Source of the DNA: an uncultured bacterium
GTDB taxonomy: Bacteria > Krumholzibacteriota > Krumholzibacteriia > LZORAL124-64-63
DNA: 64,000 nucleotides
Assembly (NCBI GenBank): GCA_937864225.1
Contig: CALMJK010000004.1
Span: 11,700 to 75,699, forward strand
Direction of reading: 5' to 3'
Shown here: one piece after another, positions 14,141 to 25,352 of the stretch
Layout of the letters: the number at the start of each line of letters is the position of its first letter
How positions within the stretch are numbered: the stretch's first letter is position 1
Position numbers and translations under genes: made by a program
The notes under the pieces: model-generated
Databases searched by the model: none
Told to the model about the DNA's origin: nothing
Seen by the model: the letters and a program-made list of their open reading frames with translations, nothing else

Positions 14141-14589
14141 GCATGATCAAGCTGAACGATCTGCGCGTCCCCCGCGGCGCCAACCGCAAGACCAAGCGCG
14201 TGGGGCGCGGTCCGGGCTCTGGCCATGGCAAGACCTCGACGCGGGGGCACAAGGGTCAGAAGGCGCGCTCCGGGCCTGGCATCAGCCCGTGGTTCGAGGG
14301 CGGCCAGATGCCCTTGCAGCGCCGGGTACCGAAGCGAGGGTTCACCAACATCTTCCGCAAGGAATACCAGGTGGTGAACCTCGAGGACCTCGACGGCTTC
14401 GCCGAGGGCAGCACGGTCGACGCGCAGGCCCTGGCCGCGGCTGGCTTGATAAAACACGTCGCCGGGCCGATCAAGCTGCTCGCGCGCGGCAGCGTGGCGA
14501 AAGCGCTGCAGATCCGGGTGAGCAAGGCGAGCAAGGCCGCGACGGAGGCTGTCACTGCCGCCGGCGGTTCGGTGGTCTGCGAGGAGTAG
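14137..14589 (+). CDS. rplO: 50S ribosomal protein L15
   Basis: 150 aa; GTGA/ATGA-type overlap with rpmD. Confidence 0.95.
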   Translation: MSMIKLNDLRVPRGANRKTKRVGRGPGSGHGKTSTRGHKGQKARSGPGISPWFEGGQMPLQRRVPKRGFTNIFRKEYQVVNLEDLDGFAEGSTVDAQALAAAGLIKHVAGPIKLLARGSVAKALQIRVSKASKAATEAVTAAGGSVVCEE

Positions 14590-14633
14590 GGGCGCTCGCG
14601 CGCCGAGGCTCCAAACCGTAAGGGAATGCGGTC

Positions 14634-15935
<1,302 letters not shown>

Positions 15936-15941
15936 CGAGCG

Positions 15942-16589
15942 ATGAACGTGATCCTCATGGGTCCGCCCGGTAGCGGCAAGGGAACACAGGCGGCGGTTCT
16001 GGCCTGGTTCCAGGACCTGAGACACGTCTCGACCGGAGACATGTTGCGGGCGGCGGTCGCGAGCGGTTCCGCGCTTGGCAAGCGGGTCGAGGGGATCATG
16101 GCGGCCGGGGAATTGGTGCCCGACGACGTGATGATGGAGATCGTGAAGGAGCGCCTGGAGGAGCTGGGCGAGGGGTGGGTCCTGGACGGTTTCCCCCGGA
16201 CCGCCGAGCAGGTCGCTGGGTTGGTGGAATTGCTGGACGGTTTGGGGCAGGAAGTCGGACTCGTCGTTGATCTGCAGGTCCCGGACGAGGAAATCGTCCG
16301 TCGACTGGCCGGGCGAGTGACGTGTGGCGACTGCGGGCACACCACGTCCCGGGATGCTCTCGACCCCGACGGCGGGTGCCCGGATTGCGGCGGTCGGACC
16401 CTCCACGTGAGGGTCGATGATGCCGAGGAGACGGTGCGCAGACGGCTGGACGTGTACCGCGCGACAACCGGCCCGGTCGCGGAGGCTCTTGGGCGGCGGT
16501 ACCCGCTGCGGCGGGTGGAAGGCGTCGGCGCGCCCGACGCGGTCGCGCAGAGGATAGCGAGTGCCCTGGAAGCAGCGGATCAGGCTTAA
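15942..16589 (+). CDS. adk: adenylate kinase (Zn-lid form)
   Basis: GPPGSGKGTQ P-loop; CGDCGH...CPDCGG lid. Confidence 0.95.
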   Translation: MNVILMGPPGSGKGTQAAVLAWFQDLRHVSTGDMLRAAVASGSALGKRVEGIMAAGELVPDDVMMEIVKERLEELGEGWVLDGFPRTAEQVAGLVELLDGLGQEVGLVVDLQVPDEEIVRRLAGRVTCGDCGHTTSRDALDPDGGCPDCGGRTLHVRVDDAEETVRRRLDVYRATTGPVAEALGRRYPLRRVEGVGAPDAVAQRIASALEAADQA

Positions 16590-17325
16590 GTCGGCCGCCG
16601 AGCTGGACAAGATGGCGGCCAGCGGTCGCGCCCTGGCGGAGGTTTTTCGGGCCGTTCCGGCCCTGGTCCGAGCCGGCGCGACGACGCGCGACCTGGACGC
16701 GGCAATCGAACGGATGATAAGGGATGCCGGCTGCATGCCCTCTTTCAAGGGGTACAACGGTTTTCCGGCAGCCAGCTGCATCTCGATCAACGAGGAAGTC
16801 GTGCACGGGATACCGTCCGACCGGCAATTGTGTGATGGCGATATCGTCGGCGTGGACGTGGGTCTGATCAAGGATGGCTACCACTCCGACTCGGCGGAAA
16901 CCTTCCCGGTGGGGGAGATCGACGAAGAGGCCGAGCGGTTGCTGCAGGTGACGCGGGAGTGTCTCGAGCGAGCGATCGCCCAGGTCAGGTCGGGCAACCG
17001 CATTTCGGACATAGGCGTGGCGGTCGAGACGCACGCCCGGGCGCAGGGGTTCTCGGTCGTCGAGACGCTGGTGGGTCATGGAATCGGCCGCGAAATGCAC
17101 GAGGACCCGCAGGTGCCGAACTATCGGAGCTATTCGACGCCCGATCCCGTGATGGAGCCCGGCCTGGTCATCGCGATCGAGCCGATGATCAACGCCGGCG
17201 TCAAGCGGGTGGTGACCGCCGAAGACCAGTGGACGGTGCGGACCGCGGACGGCCGCCTGTCGGCGCACTTCGAGCACACGGTGGCGGTGACCGCCGACGG
17301 CCCTTGGGTGTTGACCCGGCGCTGA
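16561..17325 (+). CDS. map: type I methionine aminopeptidase
   Basis: 254 aa; metal ligands D/D/H/E/E context; start uncertain (overlaps adk by 29 nt). Confidence 0.9.
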   Translation: MPWKQRIRLKSAAELDKMAASGRALAEVFRAVPALVRAGATTRDLDAAIERMIRDAGCMPSFKGYNGFPAASCISINEEVVHGIPSDRQLCDGDIVGVDVGLIKDGYHSDSAETFPVGEIDEEAERLLQVTRECLERAIAQVRSGNRISDIGVAVETHARAQGFSVVETLVGHGIGREMHEDPQVPNYRSYSTPDPVMEPGLVIAIEPMINAGVKRVVTAEDQWTVRTADGRLSAHFEHTVAVTADGPWVLTRR

Positions 17326-17357
17326 CCCGCGAGATCGCGGCAGGAGGATGACCGAAC

Positions 17358-17579
17358 ATGGCCAAGGAAGAGGGCATCAGCGTAGAGGGCACGGTCGTCG
17401 AGGCGCTGCCCAATGCCATGTTCCGGGTGGAGCTTGATAACAACAAGCACGTCGTGCTGGCCCACGTGTCGGGGAAGATGCGCATGCACTTCATTCGCAT
17501 CTTGCCGGGGGACAAAGTGACCGTGGAACTCTCGCCCTACGACCTGACGAGGGGCCGCATCACGTATCGCTACAAGTAG
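17358..17579 (+). CDS. infA: translation initiation factor IF-1
   Basis: 73 aa S1-like, [26 protein letters not shown]... Confidence 0.96.
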   Translation: MAKEEGISVEGTVVEALPNAMFRVELDNNKHVVLAHVSGKMRMHFIRILPGDKVTVELSPYDLTRGRITYRYK

Positions 17580-17609
17580 ACGCGCCGCCGGCGGGGCAAA
17601 GGAGCAGTC

Positions 17610-17723
17610 ATGAAGGTTCGCGCATCGGTCCGCAAGATATGCCCGAAATGCAAGGTCATCCGGCGCAAGGGCGTCGTGCGGGTCATTTGCATCAACCGGC
17701 GTCACAACCAGCGCCAGGGCTGA
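17610..17723 (+). CDS. rpmJ: 50S ribosomal protein L36 (zinc C+ form); not in supplied ORF track (<60 aa)
   Basis: Manual translation [37 protein letters not shown]; GGAG SD upstream; canonical infA-rpmJ-rpsM position. Confidence 0.93.
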   Translation: MKVRASVRKICPKCKVIRRKGVVRVICINRRHNQRQG

Positions 17724-17787
17724 TGTTTCCGACGTCCGCCGCGCCCAGGGGGCGCGCGGGGCGTGAGTGGGAGCGAAAGGAGCCGAA

Positions 17788-18156
17788 GTGGCCAGAATCG
17801 CGGGTGTCGATATTCCCAATGAGAAGCGGGTCGCGACGTCCCTGACGTACATCTTCGGGATCGGGGCGCATCGGGCGATGCAGATCTGCCAAAAAGCGGG
17901 AATCAATCCCGAGACCAAGACGCGGGACCTGACGGAAGAGGAATCCCGCAAGATCATCGGGATCATTGACAAGGAACACCAGGTCGAGGGCACGCTGCGC
18001 ACCGAGACGGCGATGAACGTGCAGCGGCTGATGGACATCGGTTGCTATCGCGGCCTGCGCCATCGCCGCAAACTGCCGTGCCACGGCCAGAACACCAAGA
18101 ACAATGCCCGCACCCGCAAGGGTCCGCGGATCCGCCCGGGCAGCAAGAAGAAGTAG
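17788..18156 (+). CDS. rpsM: 30S ribosomal protein S13
   Basis: GTG at residue 8 of ORF 17767 with AAAGGAG SD; (M)[14 protein letters not shown]... Confidence 0.94.
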   Translation: MARIAGVDIPNEKRVATSLTYIFGIGAHRAMQICQKAGINPETKTRDLTEEESRKIIGIIDKEHQVEGTLRTETAMNVQRLMDIGCYRGLRHRRKLPCHGQNTKNNARTRKGPRIRPGSKKK

Positions 18157-18173
18157 GCGCAGGAGGTTCTCCA

Positions 18174-18575
18174 GTGGCAGCTCCCAAGGACAAGAAGGCC
18201 AAGGGGCGCAAAACGCGTAAGAAGCTGGACGCCGTGGGTGTCGCCCACGTGAAGTCCAGTTTCAACAACACGCTCATCTCGATCAGCGACATGAGCGGAA
18301 ACATTATCACTTGGTCCTCGGGCGGACACCAGGGACGCTTCAAGGGCAGCCGGAAATCGACGGCGTTCGCCGCGCAGCTGGCCGCCAAGTTCTGCGCCCA
18401 GGAAGTCTTGAACCAGGGCATGAAGAGGGTCGAGGTCTGGGTGAAGGGGCCCGGTTCGGGCCGCGAGGCCGCCATACGCAGCCTCAAGGCCGAAGGGCTC
18501 GAGATCAGCCGCGTCAAGGACGTGACGGCCGTGCCGCACAACGGCTGCCGCCCGAAGAAGCGCCGCCGGCTCTAG
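18174..18575 (+). CDS. rpsK: 30S ribosomal protein S11
   Basis: GTG at residue 45 of ORF 18042, AGGAGG SD; 133 aa. Confidence 0.93.
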   Translation: MAAPKDKKAKGRKTRKKLDAVGVAHVKSSFNNTLISISDMSGNIITWSSGGHQGRFKGSRKSTAFAAQLAAKFCAQEVLNQGMKRVEVWVKGPGSGREAAIRSLKAEGLEISRVKDVTAVPHNGCRPKKRRRL

Positions 18576-18644
18576 GGAACCGGTCGGCTGCAACTGTGCG
18601 CCGCGGCTCGCAGGGGCCGGCGCGTTCCAGGAGGTTTTCAGCGA

Positions 18645-19277
18645 ATGGCCAGGTACACAGAGGCCAAGTGCAAGCTCTGCCGTCGCGAGGGGATGAAGCT
18701 CTACCTCAAGGGCGAGCGCTGCCACACGGATCGGTGCGCCGTGGAGCGCAGGCCGTACGGGCCCGGCCTGCACGGCCGGCGCCGTGGGCGTAAACCCTCG
18801 GACTACAAGCTTCAGCTCAGGGAGAAGCAGAAGGTCCGTTCGATTTACGGCATCCTGGAACGGCAGTTCCGCAACTACTTCGCGGAGGCGGAGCGACGCA
18901 CAGGAGTCACGGGAGCGAATCTGTTCACGCTGCTCGAGAAGCGGCTGGACAGCGTCGTGTACCGCATGGGTTTCGCGCCCTCTCGCGCCGCGGCGCGACA
19001 GCTCGTCCGGCACAAGCACGTGCTCGTGAACGGGGACGTGACCGACATCCCCAGCTTCGAGGTGCGCGTCGGCAACATGATTGCGATTCGCGAGAAGAGT
19101 CGCAACATCCCGATGGTCGTGGCGGCGCTCAAGGACTGCGCCAAGCGGGAGCGCCTGCCCTTCGTCGAGGTCGACGACCGCAAGATGGAAGGTCGGCTGG
19201 TGCAAGAGCCCCAGATGGGCGATCTGCCGATTCCCATCCAGGAAAACCTGATCGTCGAGCTTTACTCGAAGGTCTGA
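18645..19277 (+). CDS. rpsD: 30S ribosomal protein S4 (N-terminal zinc finger)
   Basis: 210 aa, CKLCRREG...CHTDRC. Confidence 0.96.
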   Translation: MARYTEAKCKLCRREGMKLYLKGERCHTDRCAVERRPYGPGLHGRRRGRKPSDYKLQLREKQKVRSIYGILERQFRNYFAEAERRTGVTGANLFTLLEKRLDSVVYRMGFAPSRAAARQLVRHKHVLVNGDVTDIPSFEVRVGNMIAIREKSRNIPMVVAALKDCAKRERLPFVEVDDRKMEGRLVQEPQMGDLPIPIQENLIVELYSKV

Positions 19278-19314
19278 GTCGGCGGCGCCGAGCCGGGAAG
19301 GGGATGCCGGGACT

Positions 19315-20313
19315 ATGAAGTGGGTCAACATGATGATGCCCGAGGGCATCAAGACGAACCGCGAGGCTCAGACTGGCGCGTTCGCGGAGATCACCATCGC
19401 GCCGCTCGAGCGGGGCTTCGGCCATACGCTGGGCAGCTCCCTGCGCAGGGCGCTGCTCTCCTCGATCCACGGGCACGCCGTGACGGCCGTGCAGATCGAA
19501 GGGGTCAAACACGAACTGAGCACGCTGCCGAACGTTCTCGAGGACGTCACGGACATCGTGCTCAATTGCAAGCAGATCGTCTTCGCCCTGGCCGACGTGC
19601 CGTCGGGCTGGGCCGTTCTGGAGGCCTCGGCGCCGGGCCGCGTCACGGCCGGCATGCTCAAGGGACACCCGGAGCTCAAGGTCTGCAATCCGGGTCACTT
19701 GATCTGCACGATCACCGAGCCCGGTCCCTTCCGCATGAAGCTTTACGTGGACACCGGCCGCGGCTACGTCGAACGGGAGTCGCACCAGATCCCCGACGAG
19801 ACGATCGGGGTCATCCGTCTCGACGCCAACTTCTCGCCGATCCGCAAGGTGAGCTATCGCGTGGAGGACACGCGCGTGGGCCAGCGCACCGACTACGACA
19901 AGCTGGTGCTCGGCATCACGACGGACGGCAGCGTCCGGCCGGAGGACGCGGTCGGTTTCGCCGCCAAGATCATGAAGGACCATTTCCAGCTGTTCATCAA
20001 CTTCGACGAAGCGCCGATCGACGCCCTCGAGACGGTGGTCGACGAGGACGTGCAGCGGCAGGTCGATCTGCTGACGAGGAGCGTGGAGGAGCTGGAGCTG
20101 TCGGTGCGCTCGGCCAACTGCTTGAAGGCCGGCAAGATTCACACGTTGTTCGATCTCGTGACCAAGAGCGAGCAGGAAATGCTCAAGTTCCGGAATTTCG
20201 GCCGCAAGAGCCTCAACGAGATCCAGGAGATCCTCGAGGGGATGGAACTGGGCTTCGGCATGGCCTTCCCACCCGAAGTGATGGAGAAGGTCGCGGCCAG
20301 GATGGGAAGCTGA
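19315..20313 (+). CDS. rpoA: DNA-directed RNA polymerase subunit alpha
   Basis: 332 aa, NTD + CTD (RSANCLKAG). Confidence 0.96.
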   Translation: MKWVNMMMPEGIKTNREAQTGAFAEITIAPLERGFGHTLGSSLRRALLSSIHGHAVTAVQIEGVKHELSTLPNVLEDVTDIVLNCKQIVFALADVPSGWAVLEASAPGRVTAGMLKGHPELKVCNPGHLICTITEPGPFRMKLYVDTGRGYVERESHQIPDETIGVIRLDANFSPIRKVSYRVEDTRVGQRTDYDKLVLGITTDGSVRPEDAVGFAAKIMKDHFQLFINFDEAPIDALETVVDEDVQRQVDLLTRSVEELELSVRSANCLKAGKIHTLFDLVTKSEQEMLKFRNFGRKSLNEIQEILEGMELGFGMAFPPEVMEKVAARMGS

Positions 20314-20380
20314 ACCGGCGGCCGAGCCGCCCCAGCCCGGCGCCGACGGGTCGGACCCGCCGACGCGGAGGATCGCAGTC

Positions 20381-20908
20381 ATGCGCCACAAGGTCAGCGG
20401 ACGCAAATTCAACCGCACCGCGGCTCACCGCGGCATGATGTTCCGGAATCTCGTGACCGAGCTGTTCCGGCACGAGCGGATCCAGACGACCACGCCGAAG
20501 GCCAAGGAGGCGCGGTCGCTGGCCGAACGCCTGATCACCTACGCCAAGGCGGGTGACCTCAATTCGCGCCGGCTTGCGGCCCGCAAGCTGACCGATCCCG
20601 AGGTGCTCCAGAAGCTGTTCGGCGAGATCGGCCCGCGCTACGTCGGCCGTCCGGGCGGCTACACCCGCATCCTTAAGCTCGACGGCGTGCGCAAGGGCGA
20701 CGCCGCCGATATGGCGATTCTCGAACTGGTCGACAGCAAGGCCAAGCCCAAGGTGCGCGACACGGCGGAGCGCAAGCAGCGCCGCCGCGAGCTCAAGGCG
20801 GAGGAGCGTCGCGAGGCGTTGGCCGCGGCCGACCAGGCCAAGGCCGAAGAGCGGGAGCGGAAGGAGTCCTCCAAGCAGGACTCCGATGCTGACGACGAAA
20901 AGAAATAG
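20381..20908 (+). CDS. rplQ: 50S ribosomal protein L17 (charged C-terminal extension)
   Basis: 175 aa MRHKVSGRKFNRT... Confidence 0.95.
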   Translation: MRHKVSGRKFNRTAAHRGMMFRNLVTELFRHERIQTTTPKAKEARSLAERLITYAKAGDLNSRRLAARKLTDPEVLQKLFGEIGPRYVGRPGGYTRILKLDGVRKGDAADMAILELVDSKAKPKVRDTAERKQRRRELKAEERREALAAADQAKAEERERKESSKQDSDADDEKK

Positions 20909-20936
20909 CCCCGCCGGCAGGCGGGCGCGACACCCC

Positions 20937-20967
20937 GGGTCCCCGGTCAGAGCGCCGGGGACCCTTT
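20937..20967 (+). terminator. intrinsic terminator of ribosomal superoperon
   Basis: Perfect 10-bp stem GGGTCCCCGG/CCGGGGACCC with 8-nt loop followed by TTTGTCTG; preceded by a second small hairpin 20910-20925. Confidence 0.6.
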
Positions 20968-21098
20968 GTCTGCCCGGCCGCGCGCGGACGCGCCGCGATG
21001 GTGAGTTCCGGGGTTGAATGAGCACGTCCCGTCCTCTAAGTTTCTGGCGTTCGCGCCTGGGTGGGCCGTCCGAGTCCCATTTGGCTAAAGGAACGCAC

Positions 21099-22106
21099 AT
21101 GTCTTCTCGCACGTTGCTAACCGCAGGCATCACCGGCGTCGGCATGGATTTCCCGGAGCGCCGCCTGACCAACGCCGATCTCGAGAAAATGGTCGAGACG
21201 GATGACGACTGGATTCTCGAGCGCACCGGGATTCGGGAGCGGCGGCTCGTGGAGCCGGGCGTGCCGGCCTCGCACCACGGGGCGGCGGCGGCGCGCAAGG
21301 CCATGGCGCACGCGCAGGTGCAACCGGCCGACGTCGATCTGATCGTCGTGCCGACCGTGACGCCGGACATGATGTTCCCGGCGACCGCCTGCGTTATCCA
21401 GGACCTCCTCGGCTGCAAGCGCGCCTGGGGCTTCGACGTCAGCGCGGCCTGCAGCGGTTTCATCTTCGCGCTGCAGGCCGCGCGCGCCCAGGTGGAGACC
21501 GGCGCCTGCCGGTGCGCCCTCGTCATCGGCACCGAAGTGATGTCGTCGATCATCGATTACACGGATCGCAATGTCTGTGTGCTGTTCGGCGACGGCGCGG
21601 GAGCCGTGGTCGTGCAGCCCGTTTCGGCGGACCGGGGCGGAATCGTGGACTACCGGGGGTATGTGGATGGCGCGGGAGGCCGTTTCCTCAACATGCTCGC
21701 CGGCGGCAGTCTGCACCCCGCCTCGCACGAAACGGTGGACAAGAAGATGCACTATGTTCACCAGGAAGGGCGCGAGGTCTTCAAATTCGCCGTCAAGGGC
21801 ATGGCCGCGATCACGACGGAGGTGCTGGAGCGCAACGGGCTGGGCGCCGGCGATGTCTCGCTTTTCGTCCCACACCAGGCCAACATCCGCATCATCGAGT
21901 CGGTGCGTGAGCGGCTCGGCCTGCGCCCGGATCAAGTGGCAGTGACCATCGATCGCTTCGGCAACACGACGTCGGCGAGCATTCCCTCCGCGCTGCGCGT
22001 GGCTTTGGACGAAGGGCGGCTGAAACGAGGCGACGCCGTCGTTCTCTGCAGCTTCGGAGCCGGGTTCACATGGGGCGCAACGCTCTTGCGCTGGACCACG
22101 GACTAG
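21099..22106 (+). CDS. fabH: 3-oxoacyl-ACP synthase III
   Basis: ATG at residue 28 of ORF 21018 with AAAGGA SD; active-site Cys context (DVSAACSGF), HQAN and NTSAAS motifs, 335 aa. Confidence 0.92.
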   Translation: MSSRTLLTAGITGVGMDFPERRLTNADLEKMVETDDDWILERTGIRERRLVEPGVPASHHGAAAARKAMAHAQVQPADVDLIVVPTVTPDMMFPATACVIQDLLGCKRAWGFDVSAACSGFIFALQAARAQVETGACRCALVIGTEVMSSIIDYTDRNVCVLFGDGAGAVVVQPVSADRGGIVDYRGYVDGAGGRFLNMLAGGSLHPASHETVDKKMHYVHQEGREVFKFAVKGMAAITTEVLERNGLGAGDVSLFVPHQANIRIIESVRERLGLRPDQVAVTIDRFGNTTSASIPSALRVALDEGRLKRGDAVVLCSFGAGFTWGATLLRWTTD

Positions 22107-22126
22107 CCCGGGGCCGAGGGGGGGGC

Positions 22127-23098
22127 ATGATCTCGGTTTCCGCTCTGAGTCGGCGCTTCGGCGATCTCACCGCCTTGCAGAACGTGTCGTTCAGCGTCGC
22201 AGCCGGCGAGATCGTGGGCTTCCTGGGGCCCAACGGCGCGGGCAAAACCACCGGTATGCGCATTCTGACGTGCACGTTGCCCCCCTCGGAAGGGTGCGCC
22301 GCGGTCGCCGGCCACGACGTCGTGGCGGAGCCGATGGCGGTGCGGCGACGCGTCGGGTTCATGCCCGAAAACGTGCCTCTCTACCCCGATTGCACGGTCG
22401 AAGAGCACTTGCGCCTGGTCGCGCGCCTCAAGGACGTTTCGGCGCGCTCCCTGACCGGCCAGCTGCAATCCGCTCTCTCACGCGCCGGACTGGCGGACGT
22501 GCGCCGGCGTCTGGTCGGCCATCTCTCGAAGGGCTATCGTCAGCGCGTGGGCCTGGCCCAGGCGCTGATCGGGGACCCGCCCGTCCTCATTCTTGACGAG
22601 CCCTCCGTGGGGCTCGACCCGCAGCAGATCGTCGAGATCCGCGAGTTGATCCGCTCCTTCGCCGGGGAGAAGACCGTGCTGTTGAGCAGCCACATCCTCA
22701 ACGAAGTGAGCCTGATCTGCGGTCGCGTGCTGATCCTGGATCGAGGCCGTCTCGTGGGCGAGGCGGATCCCCGCCGCTTGCAAGGCGCCCGCGAGGGGCG
22801 CACCCTGGTCACGCTCGCCTGGGACGGACCGAGGGCGCCGGTCCACGAGGCAATCGGCCGCGTGCCCGGCGTCGCGGAGGTCGCGACGACCCCGGACGGG
22901 GCCGAGGTCGCGTTGTCCGCAGATCCGTCCACCGTTCGCCCGGCGCTGGCCGCGGCGGTGATCGCCGCCGGAGGGCGCTTGCAGCGCCTCGAAGACCAGG
23001 CGGCCACGCTCGAGGACCTGTTCTTGAGATTGACCGGCGGGGCGGTCGCGCGCGCCCCGGCGCCGGCTGACGTCGGGGAGAGAGGCAAGACGTCGTGA
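22127..23098 (+). CDS. ABC transporter ATP-binding protein (GldA/CcmA-like)
   Basis: Walker A GPNGAGKTT, signature LSKGYRQR, Walker B LILDEP. Confidence 0.9.
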   Translation: MISVSALSRRFGDLTALQNVSFSVAAGEIVGFLGPNGAGKTTGMRILTCTLPPSEGCAAVAGHDVVAEPMAVRRRVGFMPENVPLYPDCTVEEHLRLVARLKDVSARSLTGQLQSALSRAGLADVRRRLVGHLSKGYRQRVGLAQALIGDPPVLILDEPSVGLDPQQIVEIRELIRSFAGEKTVLLSSHILNEVSLICGRVLILDRGRLVGEADPRRLQGAREGRTLVTLAWDGPRAPVHEAIGRVPGVAEVATTPDGAEVALSADPSTVRPALAAAVIAAGGRLQRLEDQAATLEDLFLRLTGGAVARAPAPADVGERGKTS

Positions 23099-25344
23099 GG
23101 CGACTGTGCGCCATCGTCGGGCGCGAATGGAGCGCGTTCTTTCGGGGGGCCGCGGCCCCGGTGGTCGCGACCGGTTTTCTGCTGCTGAGCGGCCTCTTCT
23201 TCACATTTCTGGCCTACGGCTACAGCCAACTCTCGCTCGAGGCGCAGAAATCCGGACACCTGCAGGAAGCGGCTTTGAACCTGGCCGACAGCCTGTGGCA
23301 GCCGCTGGCGATGAACTGCGCGGGCATTCTGTTGCTGTTGCTCCCCGCGGTGACAATGCGGCTGCTGGCGGAGGAATACCGGTCCGGGCGGTACGACCTG
23401 ATCATGACCTGGCCGGTGCCGGAGTGGATGTGGGTCGCGGGCAAATTTCTCTTCGCCTTCACCGTCGGCGCGGCTTTTTTGGCCGCGGCCGGCGGCTTCC
23501 TGATCGCGGGCCTGATCTGGCTGGGAACGCCGGAGGCCGGGCCGCTGCTGGCCGCCTTGCTCGGTTTGCTGCTGGTCGCGGCCCTGATCGCCGCCTGGGG
23601 CGTGTTTTTCTCCACGCTGTTCGAGCATCAGATCGTGGCCTACATCCTGACCTTCGCCTTTCTTCTCCTCTTGTACGTGGCGGGCGGTTTGGAGCCGCAC
23701 GTGCCCGCGCCGCTGGGACGCATGCTGGTCGACCTGTCGCTGATCGAACACTTCCGCCGCTTCGCGCGGGGTCTCGTCGACAGCCGCGACGTCCTGTACT
23801 TCCTCGGCTGGATCGCGCTGGGTTTGGCCGCCGCCACGGCCTCCCTCAGCGGGCGCCGCTTGGCCGGTGCGCGGCGCGCGGGGCGCTGGGCGCCGGTCGC
23901 CGCGCTGGCGGCGCTGCTGGTCGTGGCGTCGCCCTTGGTCGCGCGTTTCCCGCTGACGGGAGACTGGACGCGCAACAGCCGCTACAGCCTTTCGCCGCAG
24001 ACGGCGGCGGTGCTGCGCGATCTGGCCGTGGACGTCAAGGCGACCGCGTTCTACCAACGGCTGGATCCGCGCCGCGGGGACATCACGAACCTGCTCGCCG
24101 CCTTCGCGGACCGCAGTCCGAGATTCCGTTGGGACATGGTCGATCCCGATCGCGAACTCGGACGGTTGCAGGCGTTCGGCGTCACGACCACCCGCACCGT
24201 CGTCGTGGAGGCGGAGGGTCGCCGGCGGAACCTGCCCGATCCGGACGAAGGCACGCTCATCAACACCGTGCACCGGCTCGTCACCGCCACACGCCCGGTC
24301 GTCTATTACATCGTGGGGCACGGTGAGCACCGGCTCGACAGCGAGGAGAGGGCCGGTTACAGCGCCCTCGCGGCCCTGCTGCAGGGGCAGGGCTATGAGG
24401 TGCGGACGCTGTTGCTGGTCGATGAGGCGCTCGTGCCGAGCGACGCGGACCTGGTGGTACTGTCGGCGCCCAAGACCGACCTGGCGCCCGTCGAGACGGC
24501 GGCGCTGGGACGCTATGTGCGCGACGGGGGCTCGGTGCTCGTGCTCGCGGATCCTGGCACGCCGCGGTCCGTCGCGACGTGGCTGGCCGAGTACAACGTC
24601 GGCCTGGGCGGCGACTACCTGGTCACCGCAGGCGGCGCGGGCGCTTCGCTCGGCTTCGATCCGCGCGTGGCGATCGTGGACGAGGGATACGACGGGGAGC
24701 ACCCGGCCACGCGGTCGATGCCCGGCCTGGCCACGTTCTTTCCCTTCGCCCAGTCCCTTGGCTTGTTGCGCGACCCGCCGCCGGGTTTCGACGCTCGCTT
24801 CATCCTGCGCACGGGGCCGCGCAGCTGGGCCGACCGCGACTCGACCACGATCGCCGCCGGCCGACCGCGCTACACCGAGGGCGTGGATCGCCCCGGCCCG
24901 CTGCCGCTGGGCGTCGCCATCGACATCGACCGGGCCCGATTCTTCGGCGTCGAGGGCATTTCCGCCGCACCCCTCGCGCCGACCGGCGAGCCGACCAAGA
25001 ATCCGTTCCGACGTCAACTCGAATGGCAACCGCCACCGCAGACGGCACCGTCCTCCGTGTTCGCCGCCAAGCCGCTGGCCAGGCTGGTCGTCATCGGCGA
25101 TTCCGACTTCGCCGCCAACGCGAATCTCGACCTCTACGGCAACCGGGACCTCGTCCTGGGCACGATCGCCTGGCTGGCGCGAGAGGCGGTCTTGGTGCAG
25201 CTGCGTCCGCGCGGGCGGATCGACCAGCCGCGGGTGCTCTCGCCGACCGAACGGGACCTGTTGGGCTGGTCCTGCATCTTGGGTTGGCCACTGCTGGTCG
25301 GCGGGACCTGCGCGGTCGTGGTCGCGCGTCGCCGTCGTGCCTAA
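23095..25344 (+). CDS. fused ABC-2 permease (GldF-like) / GldG-like auxiliary domain protein
   Basis: N-terminal 6-TM ABC-2 permease with E..SGRYDLIMTWPV motif; ~450-aa GldG-like periplasmic domain; C-terminal TM anchor; start overlaps ATPase stop. Confidence 0.8.
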   Translation: MRRLCAIVGREWSAFFRGAAAPVVATGFLLLSGLFFTFLAYGYSQLSLEAQKSGHLQEAALNLADSLWQPLAMNCAGILLLLLPAVTMRLLAEEYRSGRYDLIMTWPVPEWMWVAGKFLFAFTVGAAFLAAAGGFLIAGLIWLGTPEAGPLLAALLGLLLVAALIAAWGVFFSTLFEHQIVAYILTFAFLLLLYVAGGLEPHVPAPLGRMLVDLSLIEHFRRFARGLVDSRDVLYFLGWIALGLAAATASLSGRRLAGARRAGRWAPVAALAALLVVASPLVARFPLTGDWTRNSRYSLSPQTAAVLRDLAVDVKATAFYQRLDPRRGDITNLLAAFADRSPRFRWDMVDPDRELGRLQAFGVTTTRTVVVEAEGRRRNLPDPDEGTLINTVHRLVTATRPVVYYIVGHGEHRLDSEERAGYSALAALLQGQGYEVRTLLLVDEALVPSDADLVVLSAPKTDLAPVETAALGRYVRDGGSVLVLADPGTPRSVATWLAEYNVGLGGDYLVTAGGAGASLGFDPRVAIVDEGYDGEHPATRSMPGLATFFPFAQSLGLLRDPPPGFDARFILRTGPRSWADRDSTTIAAGRPRYTEGVDRPGPLPLGVAIDIDRARFFGVEGISAAPLAPTGEPTKNPFRRQLEWQPPPQTAPSSVFAAKPLARLVVIGDSDFAANANLDLYGNRDLVLGTIAWLAREAVLVQLRPRGRIDQPRVLSPTERDLLGWSCILGWPLLVGGTCAVVVARRRRA

Positions 25345-25352
25345 GGAGGATC

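Noticed and set aside
22540-25029. 829-aa minus-strand ORF antisense to ABC ATPase/GldFG genes
   Set aside because: Low-complexity R/G/A-rich translation; the plus strand carries Walker motifs and an ABC-2 permease.
24579-25352. 5' part of plus ORF 24579-26864
   Set aside because: Overlaps the GldG-like domain in another frame; the real DUF4340-like gene starts at GTG 25353 after the GldFG stop with a strong SD.
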